Part shown: one piece after another, positions 51,525 through 61,934 of the stretch
Layout of the letters: each line of letters begins with the position of its first letter
Position numbering within the stretch: position 1 is the first letter of the stretch
Source: Candidatus Moraniibacteriota bacterium
GTDB taxonomy: Bacteria > Patescibacteriota > Minisyncoccia > Moranbacterales > UBA1568
Direction of reading: 5' to 3'
Assembly: GCA_963778555.1 (NCBI GenBank)
Contig: CAVZUR010000004.1
Span: 26,190 to 90,189, forward strand
Length of the DNA stretch: 64,000 nucleotides
Position numbers and translations under genes: made by a program
The notes under the pieces: generated by a model
What the model was told of the DNA's origin: nothing
Seen by the model: only the letters and a program-made list of their open reading frames with translations
The model's database searches: none

Positions 51525-52382
51525 TTAGCTGACGATAACTTTGGCTGGCCGCACCAGCTTGCCTTTGATCTGGTAGCCTTTCTGAACAACTTTTTCGATT
51601 TTCAATTGTTTGCTCGCTTCCCCTTCAGTGGCTTTGTGATCGAGCGCTTCATGACGGGTCGGATCGAATAGGTCCCCTGGTTTCACCTCGAGCGGCTCGA
51701 CACCGTAGTTTCGGAGCACATCCTCGAATTGCTTTTCGATATAGGTGATGCCCGTGACCCAAGGACTGCCGGCCGCTTCGGACGGGACATGCTCAGTGGC
51801 AGCGTGGAAATTATCGAGGACCGGGATGAGTTCGGTGACGATCTGAGCCGAGAGATGACCGTACAGTTCACGTTCGTCATTCTTCACCCGCTTCTTGTAA
51901 TTTTCGTAGTCGGCCCGGAGACGCTGCACATCCGGGAGGTATTGGCTTTGCGCATAGATGTTGGCCGCCGTTTCGACGAAGCGCTTCACCCACGGACGAT
52001 AATCACTCACTGCCTGGACTTCTTCCCGCGTCTGCCACTGGTATTCACTATGTTCATCGGAAAGAGTGATAGCGCCACCCCGATAGAGGACAAGGAAACC
52101 CTGCATCAGCGTTTGTTTGCCCGGCTGGCCGATTGCCTCCGTATCGACGACACCGACGATTTCATATTTCAGTGCATGACCGGCCTCTTCGCGGATCTCG
52201 CGCTCGAAGGCGGCTGCCGGCTCTTCTCCAGCGTCGATGCGGCCGCCGATGAAGCCCCAGTTCTCCTCTCGACCCGGCTTCGAATCCTTCACGAGAAGGA
52301 ACTTCTGAATCATCGGATCGAACAAGATAGCCTTCTGTCCGACTTGGTACTGCTCCATGGCTACGGATTGATTTTTTTTCAT
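51525..52382 (-). CDS. grpE: NUDIX hydrolase-GrpE fusion protein
   Basis: GGRIDAGEEPAAAFEREIREEAG Nudix box, then QRLRADYENYKKR, LIPVLDNF, FDPTRHEA, KGY...RPAKV. Confidence 0.9.
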   Translation of the reverse strand: MKKNQSVAMEQYQVGQKAILFDPMIQKFLLVKDSKPGREENWGFIGGRIDAGEEPAAAFEREIREEAGHALKYEIVGVVDTEAIGQPGKQTLMQGFLVLYRGGAITLSDEHSEYQWQTREEVQAVSDYRPWVKRFVETAANIYAQSQYLPDVQRLRADYENYKKRVKNDERELYGHLSAQIVTELIPVLDNFHAATEHVPSEAAGSPWVTGITYIEKQFEDVLRNYGVEPLEVKPGDLFDPTRHEALDHKATEGEASKQLKIEKVVQKGYQIKGKLVRPAKVIVS

Positions 52383-52395
52383 AGGGATATTGGGT

Positions 52396-53142
52396 TTAGA
52401 CGTATATGACAAGAAAGACAATGAGTGATGAGCTGAGAAGTTTTTTCATGTGCTCAATGAGTGATTTGTTTTTGGCATACTCCATCCGTTTCGGTCCGAT
52501 GATGGCGAGCATGCCGCGCTCTCCGTCGCGGTCCCGGTACGGTGAAATGACCATAGCGCAGTTTTCGATGCCCGCCACCGGATTCTCGCCCCCGATATAG
52601 ATGCGCGTCTCGCCGTCTTTCAATCCCGCCATGAGAATATCGATCTTCTCATCAAGCGTGTCGAGGGTTTCGACCAAGCGCGATAGCTCATCCATTTCCT
52701 GGAATTCAGGACTCTCCATGAGAGACTTCATGCCGAAGTCATACATCTCGTCTTTGCCTGCCATGCCTGAGACACCAAGATTGCCGGAGAGGACCGAAAG
52801 GAGCCGGGCCGTCGTCCGCACCGTGCGATTGTGCTTGGCCTTGAGAATCAAAAATTCTTCCTGGAGTTTCAGCTGATCCTTTTTGGACAGTGGCTTGTCT
52901 CCCATCATCTCTTCAACGTAGTAGCGATAGCCCGCGTCAGTCGGGATGCGGCCCGCGGACGTGTGCGGCTGGTAAAGGTAGCCGCGTTCCTCCAGGGCGA
53001 GCATATCATTGCGTAGTGTCGCCGAACTCACTGGAAAATGATGCCGCTCGAGGAGCGCTTCCGAACCGACCGGTTCGGCAGTTTTGGTATAGAGCTCGAC
53101 GACGGCCGCGAGCACTTCTTTTTGGCGGTCATTCATATCCAT
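52396..53142 (-). CDS. hrcA: Heat-inducible transcription repressor HrcA (short form)
   Basis: EPVGS, SSATLRNDM, QPHTSAGRIPTDAGYRYYV, IIGPKRMEY. Confidence 0.95.
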   Translation of the reverse strand: MDMNDRQKEVLAAVVELYTKTAEPVGSEALLERHHFPVSSATLRNDMLALEERGYLYQPHTSAGRIPTDAGYRYYVEEMMGDKPLSKKDQLKLQEEFLILKAKHNRTVRTTARLLSVLSGNLGVSGMAGKDEMYDFGMKSLMESPEFQEMDELSRLVETLDTLDEKIDILMAGLKDGETRIYIGGENPVAGIENCAMVISPYRDRDGERGMLAIIGPKRMEYAKNKSLIEHMKKLLSSSLIVFLVIYV

Positions 53143-53162
53143 GTCCCTAGTATAAAAAGCGT

Positions 53163-53189
53163 TTAGCACTCTGTCAAGTAGAGTGCTAA
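53163..53189 (-). promoter_or_regulatory. Perfect CIRCE element overlapping the hrcA promoter
   Basis: TTAGCACTC-TGTCAAGTA-GAGTGCTAA. Minus-strand TTGACA (53177-53172), N17, TATACT (53154-53149). Confidence 0.97.
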
Positions 53190-53286
53190 TTTTCGCTTAC
53201 ATCAGGCTTGAATAAAGGAAAAGCCTGGCAGGAACGTTGTCCTGACAGGCCTAAAGCGTGACGACATTGTGCGAGTATCACTGGAC

Positions 53287-53448
53287 CTACCCTCTCGGAT
53301 TCAGGATGGGACGGCGGACCTGGTTCTCGTTCGGGAGCACCGTGTAGTGTTGGCCATGCCGGCGATTGCGCCACAGTTCGAGCTCTGGCGACAAGGTCAG
53401 CGGGAGACGAAGAAATCGATCAAATATAAAAAAGCAGATGAAGCGCAT
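53287..53448 (-). CDS. Small hypothetical protein (53 aa)
   Basis: GAGGAG SD, MRFICFFIFDRFLRLPL... Confidence 0.4.
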   Translation of the reverse strand: MRFICFFIFDRFLRLPLTLSPELELWRNRRHGQHYTVLPNENQVRRPILNPRG

Positions 53449-53527
53449 GACACATCTCCTCAAAATATTTGAAAGGGGTTAGCAATTGAACGCGGACCCC
53501 TCCCGATTAACAGTTGGAAACCTCGGA

Positions 53528-53776
53528 TCAGCCCGTGGCGCACTGCGGTCGATGCTGACACTCCGAGCACTTCAGTGACTGGGGCTGGAAGAGCCGACGC
53601 GCTTCGATAACCTTGATGATCTGTGGACTGCGGCCAGTCATCTTTTGACGGCAACGGACCTTCAATATCGGACCATTCGTCTCGCCGATCGGCCGTGATT
53701 CGGCATTGGCAATCGAGCGGACTCCTGTGGTCCGACGATTCAGGGGAAACTTATGACCAGTTTCGATAAAGTGCAA
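53528..53776 (-). CDS. Small hypothetical protein with C-terminal CxxC...C
   Basis: AAGGAG SD before TTG; ends LKCSECQHRPQCATG. Confidence 0.45.
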   Translation of the reverse strand: MHFIETGHKFPLNRRTTGVRSIANAESRPIGETNGPILKVRCRQKMTGRSPQIIKVIEARRLFQPQSLKCSECQHRPQCATG

Positions 53777-53794
53777 GATGACTCCTTGAAGTTG

Positions 53795-54049
53795 TTAAGG
53801 TGTTCCTTCGGGCGTTTTGACCGGGTCATACCCGCCCTCGGACCATGGTTGGCAGCGGAGAATCCGTTTGAATCCCATCCACCCTCCTCGGAGCACGCCA
53901 AACCGTTCGATCGCTTGGTAGGTATACTCGGAGCAAGTCGGATGAAAGCGGCAGAACCGCTCGGAAACAATGAGACCGAGAAGGCCATGATTCAACGAGA
54001 GCGTCCGTTGATAGAGACGAATCAGGGCCAGCACAGATGTTTTCAGCAT
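53795..54049 (-). CDS. yidD: Membrane protein insertion efficiency factor YidD
   Basis: IRLYQ...[10 protein letters not shown]...[14 protein letters not shown]. Confidence 0.95.
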   Translation of the reverse strand: MLKTSVLALIRLYQRTLSLNHGLLGLIVSERFCRFHPTCSEYTYQAIERFGVLRGGWMGFKRILRCQPWSEGGYDPVKTPEGTP

Positions 54050-54127
54050 GGCAAGAGGATATCCTGATTTTCGGCCTTTGTCAACGGAAAAAGAGCTGAT
54101 ATACTCAGTATAAAGAGCAAAATAAAC

Positions 54128-55040
54128 ATGCGAACCCTCGAGCATAAGCACATCACGTGGATTGATTTTGACTCGCCGACAAAGGACGATGTCACCTATC
54201 TTCACGAGAATTTCAATATCCACCCCCTCGTCCTCGAGGAGCTGATTACGCCGACCTATCAGCCGAAAGTTCTGCAGTATGACAGCTGCCTTTTTTTCTC
54301 TATACACATTCCCCTGTTTGATGTGAAGGAGCGGACGACGTATGCTGGCGAGCTCGATATCATCCTGACCAAAGACCACCTGATCACCGCCCATCGCCAT
54401 CCAATCTATCAGATCGGGAAATTTTTCGGTGAATTGGAGAACAGCGAGGGCAAACGCCGACTCCACATGGAAGAGACTCCGACCCACGTCCTGTATCACC
54501 TGCTCGAGATCCTTCTCAATTCCTGTTTTCCCAAACTCCGCCACATATCGGAAAAGATCGACTATATCGAGACGGAAGTCTTTGCCGGGCATGAAAAGGA
54601 GATGGTGTTCGAAATCTCTCTCGTGAAGCGCGATATACTAAATTTCCGCCGTACGCTCAAGCCCCAACGTTCGCTCATCGAGAGTCTCCTCGCCACCAAG
54701 CATCCCTTCATCCCGGCCAACCTCCAGGCGTACTTCCAAGATCTGATCGGTACGAATGTCCGCGTCTGGAATATGCTGGAAAGCAACAAGGAAACGATCG
54801 AGGCGTTCGAGGCGACCAACAATTCGCTCCTCTCGAACAAGATCGAGCAAACGATAAAGGTGCTCACTATATTTTCAGCCGTCATCCTCCCCCTCACGGT
54901 CTACTCGAATGCAATGTCGATGAATACCCGCCACCTGCCATTTGAGAACAGCGACCGGCGGTTTTTGGCTCCATCTCACCACAATGATTTTTATCTCTGC
55001 CTTTACGATCGTCATCTTCCGAATGAAGCGCTGGATCTAA
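54128..55040 (+). CDS. corA: CorA family Mg2+/Co2+ transporter (frameshift near 54955)
   Basis: TWID...IHPLVLEE...[12 protein letters not shown]...SMN; the second TM FWLHL...KRWI is in the shifted frame. Confidence 0.88.
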
Positions 55041-55161
55041 GGCCGCATCATGAATATTGAATTCAGCATACCGAAAGAATCCCCTCTGCGAAGGGATTTT
55101 TTGCTTGCTTCCGAGCATTTTCCGCTCTATTCTATATTCTAGATTCTACATTCATCACTGT

Positions 55162-56565
55162 ATGCTCTCGCTCTACAATACCCTTTCCAAGCAGAAAGAA
55201 GTCTTTACACCACTTGAACCGCCGCGGGTGAAACTCTACACCTGCGGTCCGACGGTTTATGATTTTGTCCATATCGGCAATCTTCGCGCGTACGTGATGG
55301 CGGACACGCTGCGCCGCACCCTAGAGCAGGCCGGTTTCGAAGTGAAACAGGTGAAGAACATCACCGATGTCGGACACCTGACAGCGGACGATGTTGCGCA
55401 GGGCGATAGCGGCGAGGACAAGGTAGCCAAGAAAGCGGCAGCCGAACACAAGACACCCGCCGAGATTGCTGCTTTTTATACCAGCTACTACCACCGGGCC
55501 GAACAAGCGCTCAATATTCTCCCCGCACACAGTGAGCCGCATGCGACCGATTACATCCCGCAGATGATTGCATTCATCGAGCGACTGATCGCTTCCGGAC
55601 ATGCGTATGCCACGAATGGCAATGTGTTTTTTGATGTGACGAGCTTCGCCGCGTACGGCCGCCTCTCCGGGAATACGCTCGAAGCGCTCAAAGTCGGCGC
55701 CCGGCTCGAGGAGCACCCCGATAAGCAGCATCCCTGGGACTTCGCACTCTGGCTCAAGGCGCCAGTTGGCCATCTGATGCATTGGGAATCACCCTGGGGC
55801 ATCGGCTATCCCGGCTGGCATATCGAGTGTTCAGCGATGAATCTCGCGACGCTCGGGACATCCATCGATATCCATACGGGCGGCGAAGACAATATCTTTC
55901 CCCATCATGAGGCCGAGATCGCGCAGAGTGAGTGCGGCAATGCAGCTCCCTTGGCCCGCTACTGGCTCCATACTCGCCACCTCCTGGTGAATGGGGAGAA
56001 AATGTCAAAGTCAAAAGGGAGTTTTTATACGCTCGAAGACGTGCTGGAGCGCGGTTACAGCGCGATGGATTTGCGCCTCCTCTACCTCAGTAGTCACTAT
56101 CGGAGCCAGATGAATTTCACCTGGGAGGCACTGGCTCAGGCCAAAGCCAATCGGGAATCGCTGATGCAGGCCTATGACCGTCTCAAACGTCTTTCAACCA
56201 ATGAGGGTGCTCTCGAACATGATTATTTTGGAACATTCCTAGCTGCTCTGGAGGACGATCTGAACACTCCGCTCGCGTTATCGGCTGCGCTTACTATGGC
56301 CACGCTCATAAATTCAGCCGCAGATAAAAAACTTCCGATTCGTCTTGAGGTTAAGGATCAGTACGCGAAAATACTCTTCAATCTTTTCGGGCTGACCGAG
56401 GAAACATTGAACATCCCAGCTGAAGTCTCAAAACGTATCGATGAAAGAAAGATGGCTCGTGAGAGTAAAGACTTCGCTCGTTCAGATGCACTCCGCGATG
56501 AGATTGCGGCACTCGGTTATCTCGTTGAAGACGGTCCGGATGGACAAATGGTCCACAAGAAATAG
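55162..56565 (+). CDS. cysS: Cysteine--tRNA ligase
   Basis: CGPTVY, HIGN, PGWHIECS, HHEAE, KMSKS. Confidence 0.97.
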   Translation: MLSLYNTLSKQKEVFTPLEPPRVKLYTCGPTVYDFVHIGNLRAYVMADTLRRTLEQAGFEVKQVKNITDVGHLTADDVAQGDSGEDKVAKKAAAEHKTPAEIAAFYTSYYHRAEQALNILPAHSEPHATDYIPQMIAFIERLIASGHAYATNGNVFFDVTSFAAYGRLSGNTLEALKVGARLEEHPDKQHPWDFALWLKAPVGHLMHWESPWGIGYPGWHIECSAMNLATLGTSIDIHTGGEDNIFPHHEAEIAQSECGNAAPLARYWLHTRHLLVNGEKMSKSKGSFYTLEDVLERGYSAMDLRLLYLSSHYRSQMNFTWEALAQAKANRESLMQAYDRLKRLSTNEGALEHDYFGTFLAALEDDLNTPLALSAALTMATLINSAADKKLPIRLEVKDQYAKILFNLFGLTEETLNIPAEVSKRIDERKMARESKDFARSDALRDEIAALGYLVEDGPDGQMVHKK

Positions 56566-56604
56566 TAAAAAGAAAGCGGACCGACGAGTGTGTCGTCAGT
56601 CCGT

Positions 56605-57058
56605 CTAATGTACTCCGATGAGTACGAGGATTTCGCCGGTATGCCGAAGTGCCAAGGGATCAGTATGCCGGTATATTTGTGGGTAGACCCACATGGTCGG
56701 CAACTCAATCAGCCGCCGGTTGCGTTCTTCTTTCGCCCGCCACTTCTGATACACCGAGAGGCTTTTGCAGACTATCGCCGAGTCGATGTTGATGAAGCGC
56801 ACGTTCATTGCCCATCCAGATGAAGTATTGGTTATGCTTGGTCCGGTACGGGTAGCGCTGATCGCCTCGGTAGCGTGACGGCATAACGACGCCCTCGTTC
56901 GGCGAAAGTCCTTGCGCGAGCTTCCACTGGCGAATCACTTGGTTGGGATAGCGCTCGCCATACGGGAACTCAAAAACAATCACGCGACCACGAGGGTCGG
57001 ATAAGGGGGAATCTCCAGGCTTCACGCCACGGAGGTACTCCGGAAATGGCGTGTTCAT
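56605..57058 (-). CDS. Hypothetical protein (probable frameshift near 56810; accessory unit)
   Basis: GGAG SD and own promoter. Two overlapping ORF fragments; hairpin at 56576-56604. Confidence 0.5.
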
Positions 57059-57196
57059 GGGAAAATCTCCGATTGGTAAAGATTGATTACAGAATGGTAT
57101 ATTTTGTCGCTTTTGTCAAGGGTGAGATATGAACAATCTATGTACATTGATAGCTCGAGTAAACACCGGTAGAATGAAGTACTGACACACGCACTC

Positions 57197-58567
57197 ATGG
57201 CCGCTTCCGCATCCAAAACTGAACACGTGCGCATCCCGCCGCACAATCTTGAGGCCGAGCAATCGGTTTTGGGTTCGCTCATGCTCGACAAGGACGCGAT
57301 CATCAAGGTCGCTGACATCGTCAAGGTCGGCGACTTCTACAAAGACGATCACAATCGTATCTATCAGGCGATGCTCGATTTGTATGAAGAGCGCGAACCG
57401 ATCGACGTCCTCTCGCTCGCGAATCGGCTGGAAGAGCAAAAAACGCTCGAAGCAGTCGGCGGTTCCGGCTATCTCGCCTCGCTCGTGAACTCGGTCCCCT
57501 CAGCCTCAAACATTGTCCACTACGCCAAGGTCGTCCAAAAAAAAGCACTTCTGAGGCGACTCATCGGCGCGGCCTCGCAGATTGTCGAGATGGGCTACGA
57601 TGATTCCGAAGATGTGCAGAAAGTGCTTGACGACGCTGAGCAGAAGCTCTTCGCCATCTCGCAGAAATACCTCAAACAGGATTTCATCCCCATCAAGACG
57701 ATTCTGGAAGCCGCCTTCGACCGTATTGACGAGCTCCACAAGAATGATCAGACGATGCGCGGCGTACCGACGCATTTCCCCGATCTCGACCATATCCTCG
57801 CCGGCCTCCAAAAATCTGACCTCATTATCCTCGCGGCCCGTCCCGCCGTCGGCAAGACATCGCTCGCGCTCGATATCGCCCGCCAGGTCGGCGTGTATGC
57901 GAAAATTCCAGTCGGTATTTTCTCACTGGAAATGTCTTCGGACCAGCTCATCGACCGCATGCTCGCGGCGCAAGCCGGAGTCGATCTCTGGCGCCTGCGC
58001 ACCGGAAAACTCGGGAGCGAAGGCCCGGGCAACGATTTTGAGAAAATCTCGGACGCAATGGGCATTCTTTCCGAGGCGCCGATTTTCATCGATGACTCAG
58101 GCAGTCTGAACATTATGGAAATGCGCACCATGGCCCGTCGTCTCCAGGCGGAGCATAATCTCGGTCTCATCATCATCGACTATCTCCAGCTCATGGAGGG
58201 ACGCTCACGGCAAGGCGACAATCGCGTGCAGGAGATTTCGGAGATCTCGCGTGGTTTAAAGCAGCTGGCCCGTGAGCTCAATATCCCCGTCATCGCCCTC
58301 TCACAGCTTTCCCGCGCCGTCGAATCGCGCCCTGACCAGCGACCCAAGCTATCCGATCTCCGCGAATCGGGGTCCATCGAGCAGGACGCGGATGTCGTCA
58401 TGTTCCTCTACCGCGAAGACCGCGTCCGGCCCGACACCCCGAACAAGAACATTGTCGACATCATCATCGCCAAGCATCGGAACGGCCCCGTCGGCCAGAT
58501 CCAGCTCTACTTCGAGGAGAATGCCACCTCTTTCAAATCGCTCGAACGGTCGCACGCACCGGCATAA
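57197..58567 (+). CDS. dnaB: Replicative DNA helicase
   Basis: PPHNLEAEQSVLG, AARPAVGKT, DYLQL, LSQLSR, LRESGSIEQDAD. Confidence 0.98.
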   Translation: MAASASKTEHVRIPPHNLEAEQSVLGSLMLDKDAIIKVADIVKVGDFYKDDHNRIYQAMLDLYEEREPIDVLSLANRLEEQKTLEAVGGSGYLASLVNSVPSASNIVHYAKVVQKKALLRRLIGAASQIVEMGYDDSEDVQKVLDDAEQKLFAISQKYLKQDFIPIKTILEAAFDRIDELHKNDQTMRGVPTHFPDLDHILAGLQKSDLIILAARPAVGKTSLALDIARQVGVYAKIPVGIFSLEMSSDQLIDRMLAAQAGVDLWRLRTGKLGSEGPGNDFEKISDAMGILSEAPIFIDDSGSLNIMEMRTMARRLQAEHNLGLIIIDYLQLMEGRSRQGDNRVQEISEISRGLKQLARELNIPVIALSQLSRAVESRPDQRPKLSDLRESGSIEQDADVVMFLYREDRVRPDTPNKNIVDIIIAKHRNGPVGQIQLYFEENATSFKSLERSHAPA

Positions 58568-58625
58568 TCCCAAAAAAACACACGGGTGGATTCATTCCGG
58601 CCCGATGCTGTATGCTGCATGATAT

Positions 58626-59216
58626 ATGCGATATCCGAAAGCCTTCGAATCCCTCATCCATCATTTCTCCAGCCTTCCTTCGATCGGACCGAAGATGGCT
58701 GAGCGTCTCGTACTCTATCTCTTCAAACAGGACGAGGAAAAGCTCGTGGCTTTCGCTGAGAGCCTCGAGGGATTGAAACATCTGTCGAGTTGCCGCGAAT
58801 GTTTTTACATTTCCGAATCCGAACTCTGCGGTTTCTGTAGCGACGACTCGCGTGACCAAACCACCATCTGCGTCGTGGAAGAGCCCCTCGATGTCATCGC
58901 CATCGAGCGCACGGGCAGCTACCATGGCCGCTACCATGTGCTCGGTGGAGTCCTTGATGCCGGCACAGCAGATGAGACACTCCGCGTAACAGAACTCCAG
59001 CACCGCATCACGGATTCATCAGTCGAGGAAGTGATTCTCGCCACCAATCCGACGACCGAAGGCGATATGACCGCCTATTTCCTCAAGACCAAACTCGCGG
59101 CATTCCCCGTGAAAGTGACTCGGATTGCCCGCGGGATGGCGACCGGCGGCGACATTGAGTATGCCGACGAACTCACCCTCTCATCCTCTCTTGAGAATCG
59201 CAAAGCACTGAATTGA
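58626..59216 (+). CDS. recR: Recombination mediator RecR
   Basis: LPSIGPKMAER, C4 zinc finger, YHVLGG, ATNPTTEG, EYADELTL. Confidence 0.97.
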   Translation: MRYPKAFESLIHHFSSLPSIGPKMAERLVLYLFKQDEEKLVAFAESLEGLKHLSSCRECFYISESELCGFCSDDSRDQTTICVVEEPLDVIAIERTGSYHGRYHVLGGVLDAGTADETLRVTELQHRITDSSVEEVILATNPTTEGDMTAYFLKTKLAAFPVKVTRIARGMATGGDIEYADELTLSSSLENRKALN

Positions 59217-59226
59217 CACTCCGTAT

Positions 59227-59258
59227 TAAAAAAACCACCCACTTGTGCGGGTAGTTTT
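59227..59258. terminator. Bidirectional terminator between recR and rplU
   Basis: AAAAAACCACCCAC-TTGT-GCGGGTAGTTTT. Confidence 0.6.
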
Positions 59259-59261
59259 ATG

Positions 59262-59567
59262 TTAAGCGGCAATCTTCGTAATTTCAATTGCCGTGTAGTC
59301 CTGGCGATGCCCATAACGGGTCATTTCACGCTTCTTGGCTTTGTGCCGGATACCGGTCACCTTCGCGTGGCGGCCATGGGCGACGACTTTCCCTTCAACA
59401 TGGGTCTTTACGGCCGGAACGCCGATCTCAATCGCGCTTTCGTCCCCGATAAACAGGGTCTCAAATTTCAGGGTATTACCGGGCTCAGCCTCAAGCTTTT
59501 CGACTTTGACCACATCGCCTTCCGCGACTTTGTATTGCTTTCCACCGGTCTTGATAACAGCGATCAT
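59262..59567 (-). CDS. rplU: 50S ribosomal protein L21
   Basis: MIAVIKTGGKQYKV...GHRQDYT. Confidence 0.97.
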   Translation of the reverse strand: MIAVIKTGGKQYKVAEGDVVKVEKLEAEPGNTLKFETLFIGDESAIEIGVPAVKTHVEGKVVAHGRHAKVTGIRHKAKKREMTRYGHRQDYTAIEITKIAA

Positions 59568-59638
59568 AGGTCTCGAAAAAAATGATACTGCCTGAGTATA
59601 GCCCGAGAATGAGCCATTGTCAATCCAGCTACCCGGCT

Positions 59639-61406
59639 TTATTCCAAAATAGCTTTTATTCGTCTGACGCCCGCCGAAGATGCCTCTTCCTTGATGATCT
59701 TGAAGCTGTCCAAACGCCGCGATATCAGCCGTCGTGACCACATGCGGGCCGCCGCAGAGCTCCTGGGAATAGGCAGTCCCATCGGGTCCGACCACCCGGT
59801 AGACAGTCACCTTTTCGGGGTATTTCTCCCAAAAGCTCCCTTCCACCCCAGCGGCCTTGGCGGCAGTCTTGTCCATGATTGTGGTACTGACGGTCGCTTT
59901 GGCTTCGATTGCCGCGTTCACAAAGGCTTCGACCCGATCCAGCGTCTCGCGCGGCACTTTTTCAGGATACGTGAAATCAAAACGGGTGCGCTCAGCGGTG
60001 ATATTCGAGCCCGCCTGATGCACTTCGCCGCCGAGTTCCTGGCGTAGGGCTGCCAGCATGAGGTGCGTCGCTGTATGGAACGCCGTCACTTTAGCACTCT
60101 TATCTGCTAACCCGCCTTTGAATTTCCCGACGCTCGCCGTACGGGAGAGATTTTGATGTTTCTTGAATTCTTCACGAAACGCTGATTCATCAATCATGAT
60201 GCTATGCTCTTGGGCGAGTTCTCGAGTCATTTCAAGCGGGAAGCCGTATGTCGCGAAGAGATCAAAGGCATCTTTGCCCGAGAGCGTGCCAGCCTGCGCG
60301 CGGCGACCCAACTCCTTGAGTCCCTTTGAAAGCGTTGCTCGGAACTTGGTTTCTTCCCGGTTCAACTCATCAATTATCCGTCCCCCGTTGTCACGGATCG
60401 ACGCATAGACGGTTTCGAATTTCACCATGAACAGCTTTGCGATTGCAGCGATGGCCGGCTCCTCATATCCCATTTTATAGAATTCTCGAATCGCCCGTCG
60501 AATGAGTCGGCGCAGAATATATCCCTGATCGACATTCTTCGGAACGATGCCGTCGGCAATGATATGAGTAGCAGCCCGAAGATGATCGGCAATAATACGC
60601 GCTGAACGTTCGACATACCGTTCGGTGGTTACGATGCCGCGGATCGCCTCAAGCACATCGGCAAACGCATCGGTCTCATAGACGTTCTTCAGCCCGTTCA
60701 GCGTGACGATGGTGCGCTCCAGCCCCATACCAGTATCCACGCAGGGGGCAGGCAACCTATCAAGCGTGTCGGCATCGATGCGGTTGTACTGCATGAAGAC
60801 ATTGTTCCAAATCTCCATCCATGCCTTGGGGTGAGACTCTTTATTTCCGACTGGCGCGCCGTCCCCGACCCAGTAGAAAATCTCCGTATCCGGCCCGCAG
60901 GGACCAGTCGGACCAGCGGCCCACCAATTGTCTTCGGCTGGGAGATAGGCGATACGCTCTTTGGGCATCCCTAAGGATTCCCAGATCTTGGCCGACTCTT
61001 CATCACGCGGTGCATTCTCATCACCTTTAAAGACGGTGACGGAGAGTTTATCAGGAGAAAGTCCAAGCCATTGCGTGTCAGTCAGGAATTCCCAGGACCA
61101 AGCGATCGATTCCGGCTTGAAGTAGTCGCCCAATGACCAATTGCCGAGCATCTCAAAGAAGGTGAGGTGGGTGTCATCGCCGACATCATCAATATCGCCC
61201 GTCCGGACGCATTTTTGCACGTCAGTGATGCGCTTCCCCATTGGATGCGGCTTGCCGAGGAGGTACGGAACGAGCGGCTGCATGCCGGCCGTATTGAACA
61301 AGACTGAAGGGTCATTTTCGGGTACCAGCGGCGCCGACGGGATGATAGCGTGACCTTTGGTCTTGAAAAATTCCAGATATTTCTGGCGGATGTCATTCGT
61401 CTGCAT
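59639..61406 (-). CDS. alaS: Alanine--tRNA ligase, short form (frameshift near 59705)
   Basis: LFNTAGM, TFFEMLGN, DTGMGLER, HTATH, ELCGGPH. The true end FKIIKEEASSAGVRRIKAILE* is in the shifted frame. Confidence 0.95.
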
Positions 61407-61416
61407 AGAGGAAAAG

Positions 61417-61635
61417 CTAGCGGATGGCTCGTTCGACACCTTTCTTGATATCACGCGAGAGCTTCCATGACAACAGTTGGTCGATCGCTTCGATCGCACC
61501 GGCGGCATCGATTGATCGCGCTTCGAATTGTCTCCCGATGGCCTTGATTGAGGAGCGGAGAAAACTCGTGTCCGAGATGTTCGGACTCTTCAAGATTTCG
61601 GGCATTACCTGCGAGACAAATGTGTCAGCCTTCAT
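61417..61635 (-). CDS. Hypothetical protein
   Basis: 72-aa ORF in operon spacing. Confidence 0.55.
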   Translation of the reverse strand: MKADTFVSQVMPEILKSPNISDTSFLRSSIKAIGRQFEARSIDAAGAIEAIDQLLSWKLSRDIKKGVERAIR

Positions 61636-61644
61636 AGTGTATCG

Positions 61645-61920
61645 TTAGCGCTTGAAGCTCTGGCGCTTCATGCGCAAAAGATCTGCGTCGACGCCCTGTA
61701 TCTTCAGAATGATGCCTTTTCTCTCCGCAATTCGCGAATCCAGATGGAGCTGTCGCTCTTTGAGATCCCGCTCCATAGAGCGAATCTCGGCATCTAATTC
61801 GTCTGAGTGCCGAACCAAACGCGAACGGTCAGACTGAAGCATGAATACCTCGCTCTCGCTGCGTCGTTTTTTCACGTGGCTGGCCCGAACTTCGTCCGGA
61901 CTACTTTCATCCTCTGTCAT
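61645..61920 (-). CDS. Hypothetical coiled-coil protein
   Basis: 91-aa heptad-rich ORF in operon spacing. Confidence 0.6.
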   Translation of the reverse strand: MTEDESSPDEVRASHVKKRRSESEVFMLQSDRSRLVRHSDELDAEIRSMERDLKERQLHLDSRIAERKGIILKIQGVDADLLRMKRQSFKR

Positions 61921-61934
61921 AGAATCATAATTGC

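Noticed and set aside
53190-53790. tmRNA, RNase P or SRP RNA in the long intergenic gap
   Set aside because: No GGGG...TCCACCA ends, GAGGAAAGTCC or SRP loop motif recognised. Small ORFs with SD sites fit better.
53795-54592. 265-aa extended YidD ORF
   Set aside because: The extension is antisense to corA. The real start is ATG 54049.
59639-61406. Truncated AlaS lacking the C-Ala domain as a novelty
   Set aside because: Short AlaS forms with catalytic and editing domains are already known in reduced genomes.
59262-61508. 748-aa ORF suggesting an AlaS-L21 fusion
   Set aside because: One extra base near 59705 shifts AlaS out of its natural end (FKIIKEEASSAGVRRIKAILE*, stop 59639). rplU has its own promoter-like TATACT and ATG at 59567.
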